Shown one piece after another: positions 47,193 through 47,298 of a stretch of DNA of 47,298 nucleotides (position 1 is the stretch's first letter; every line of letters starts with the position of its first letter). The notes under the pieces are model-generated. The model was given only the letters and a program-made list of their open reading frames with translations. It ran no database searches and was not told where the DNA came from. Source of the stretch: an uncultured Atribacterota bacterium (GTDB taxonomy: Bacteria > Atribacterota > Phoenicimicrobiia > Phoenicimicrobiales > Stramentimicrobiaceae); assembly GCA_964404675.1 (NCBI GenBank), contig CAYOLB010000294.1:1-47298 (forward strand), in the 5' to 3' direction. A program made the translations under genes and the position numbers.

Positions 47193-47217
47193 CTCTAAGA
47201 AAAAAAACAATTATAAT
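47189..47217 (+). promoter_or_regulatory. sigma70/sigmaA promoter of the tRNA
   Basis: TTGACT-N17-TATAAT ending 10 nt before the tRNA. Confidence 0.7.
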
Positions 47218-47227
47218 GTTGAATGTT

Positions 47228-47298
47228 GCCGGTGTAGCTCAGCTGGTAGAGCAGCTGATTTGTAATCAGCAGGTCATCCGTTCGAATCGGATCATCGG
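47228..47298 (+). tRNA. tRNA-Thr(TGT), last few 3' bases cut off by the window end
   Basis: GCCGGTG acceptor arm, TAGCTCAGCTGGTAGAGC D arm, GCTGA-TTTGTAA-TCAGC anticodon arm, GTTCGAATC T loop. Confidence 0.95.

Overview
AT-rich bacterial core-chromosome segment with about 43 protein genes, all on the + strand, ending in tRNA-Thr(TGT). Gene order is Firmicutes-like: mreD-mrdA-rodA-radical SAM-rng-rplU-rpmA-obgE; xerD-punA; murA-mreB; nadD-yqeK-LCP-rsfS; mcsA-mcsB-clpC-radA-PIN/TRAM-cysS-sigH-tRNA. An ExbB/ExbD motor points to a diderm envelope. My inference, unverified, is an Atribacterota-like or related deep-branching anaerobe. No prophage, IS element or CRISPR array is evident. Main points of interest: (1) a non-canonical Ton/Tol-like operon (TolB_N/CsgG-like + TPR/CpoB-like giant protein, ExbB, ExbD, and a TonB/TolA-like stalk ending in DUF3048 instead of TonB_C); (2) a CsoR-family repressor lacking two of three Cu ligands, with its own operator, in the ctsR position before mcsA-mcsB-clpC; (3) a catalytically degenerate TagO/WecA-like domain fused to TagA/WecG; (4) a structured non-coding region at 26-600 (hairpin/G4 motif, six 8-mer arrays, a ~190-bp duplication) plus a dispersed 7-mer repeat family; (5) an Asp-type PNP near mtnA and an ispD-ispE-ispF cluster. 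All family assignments come from motif recognition by eye, not database searches.
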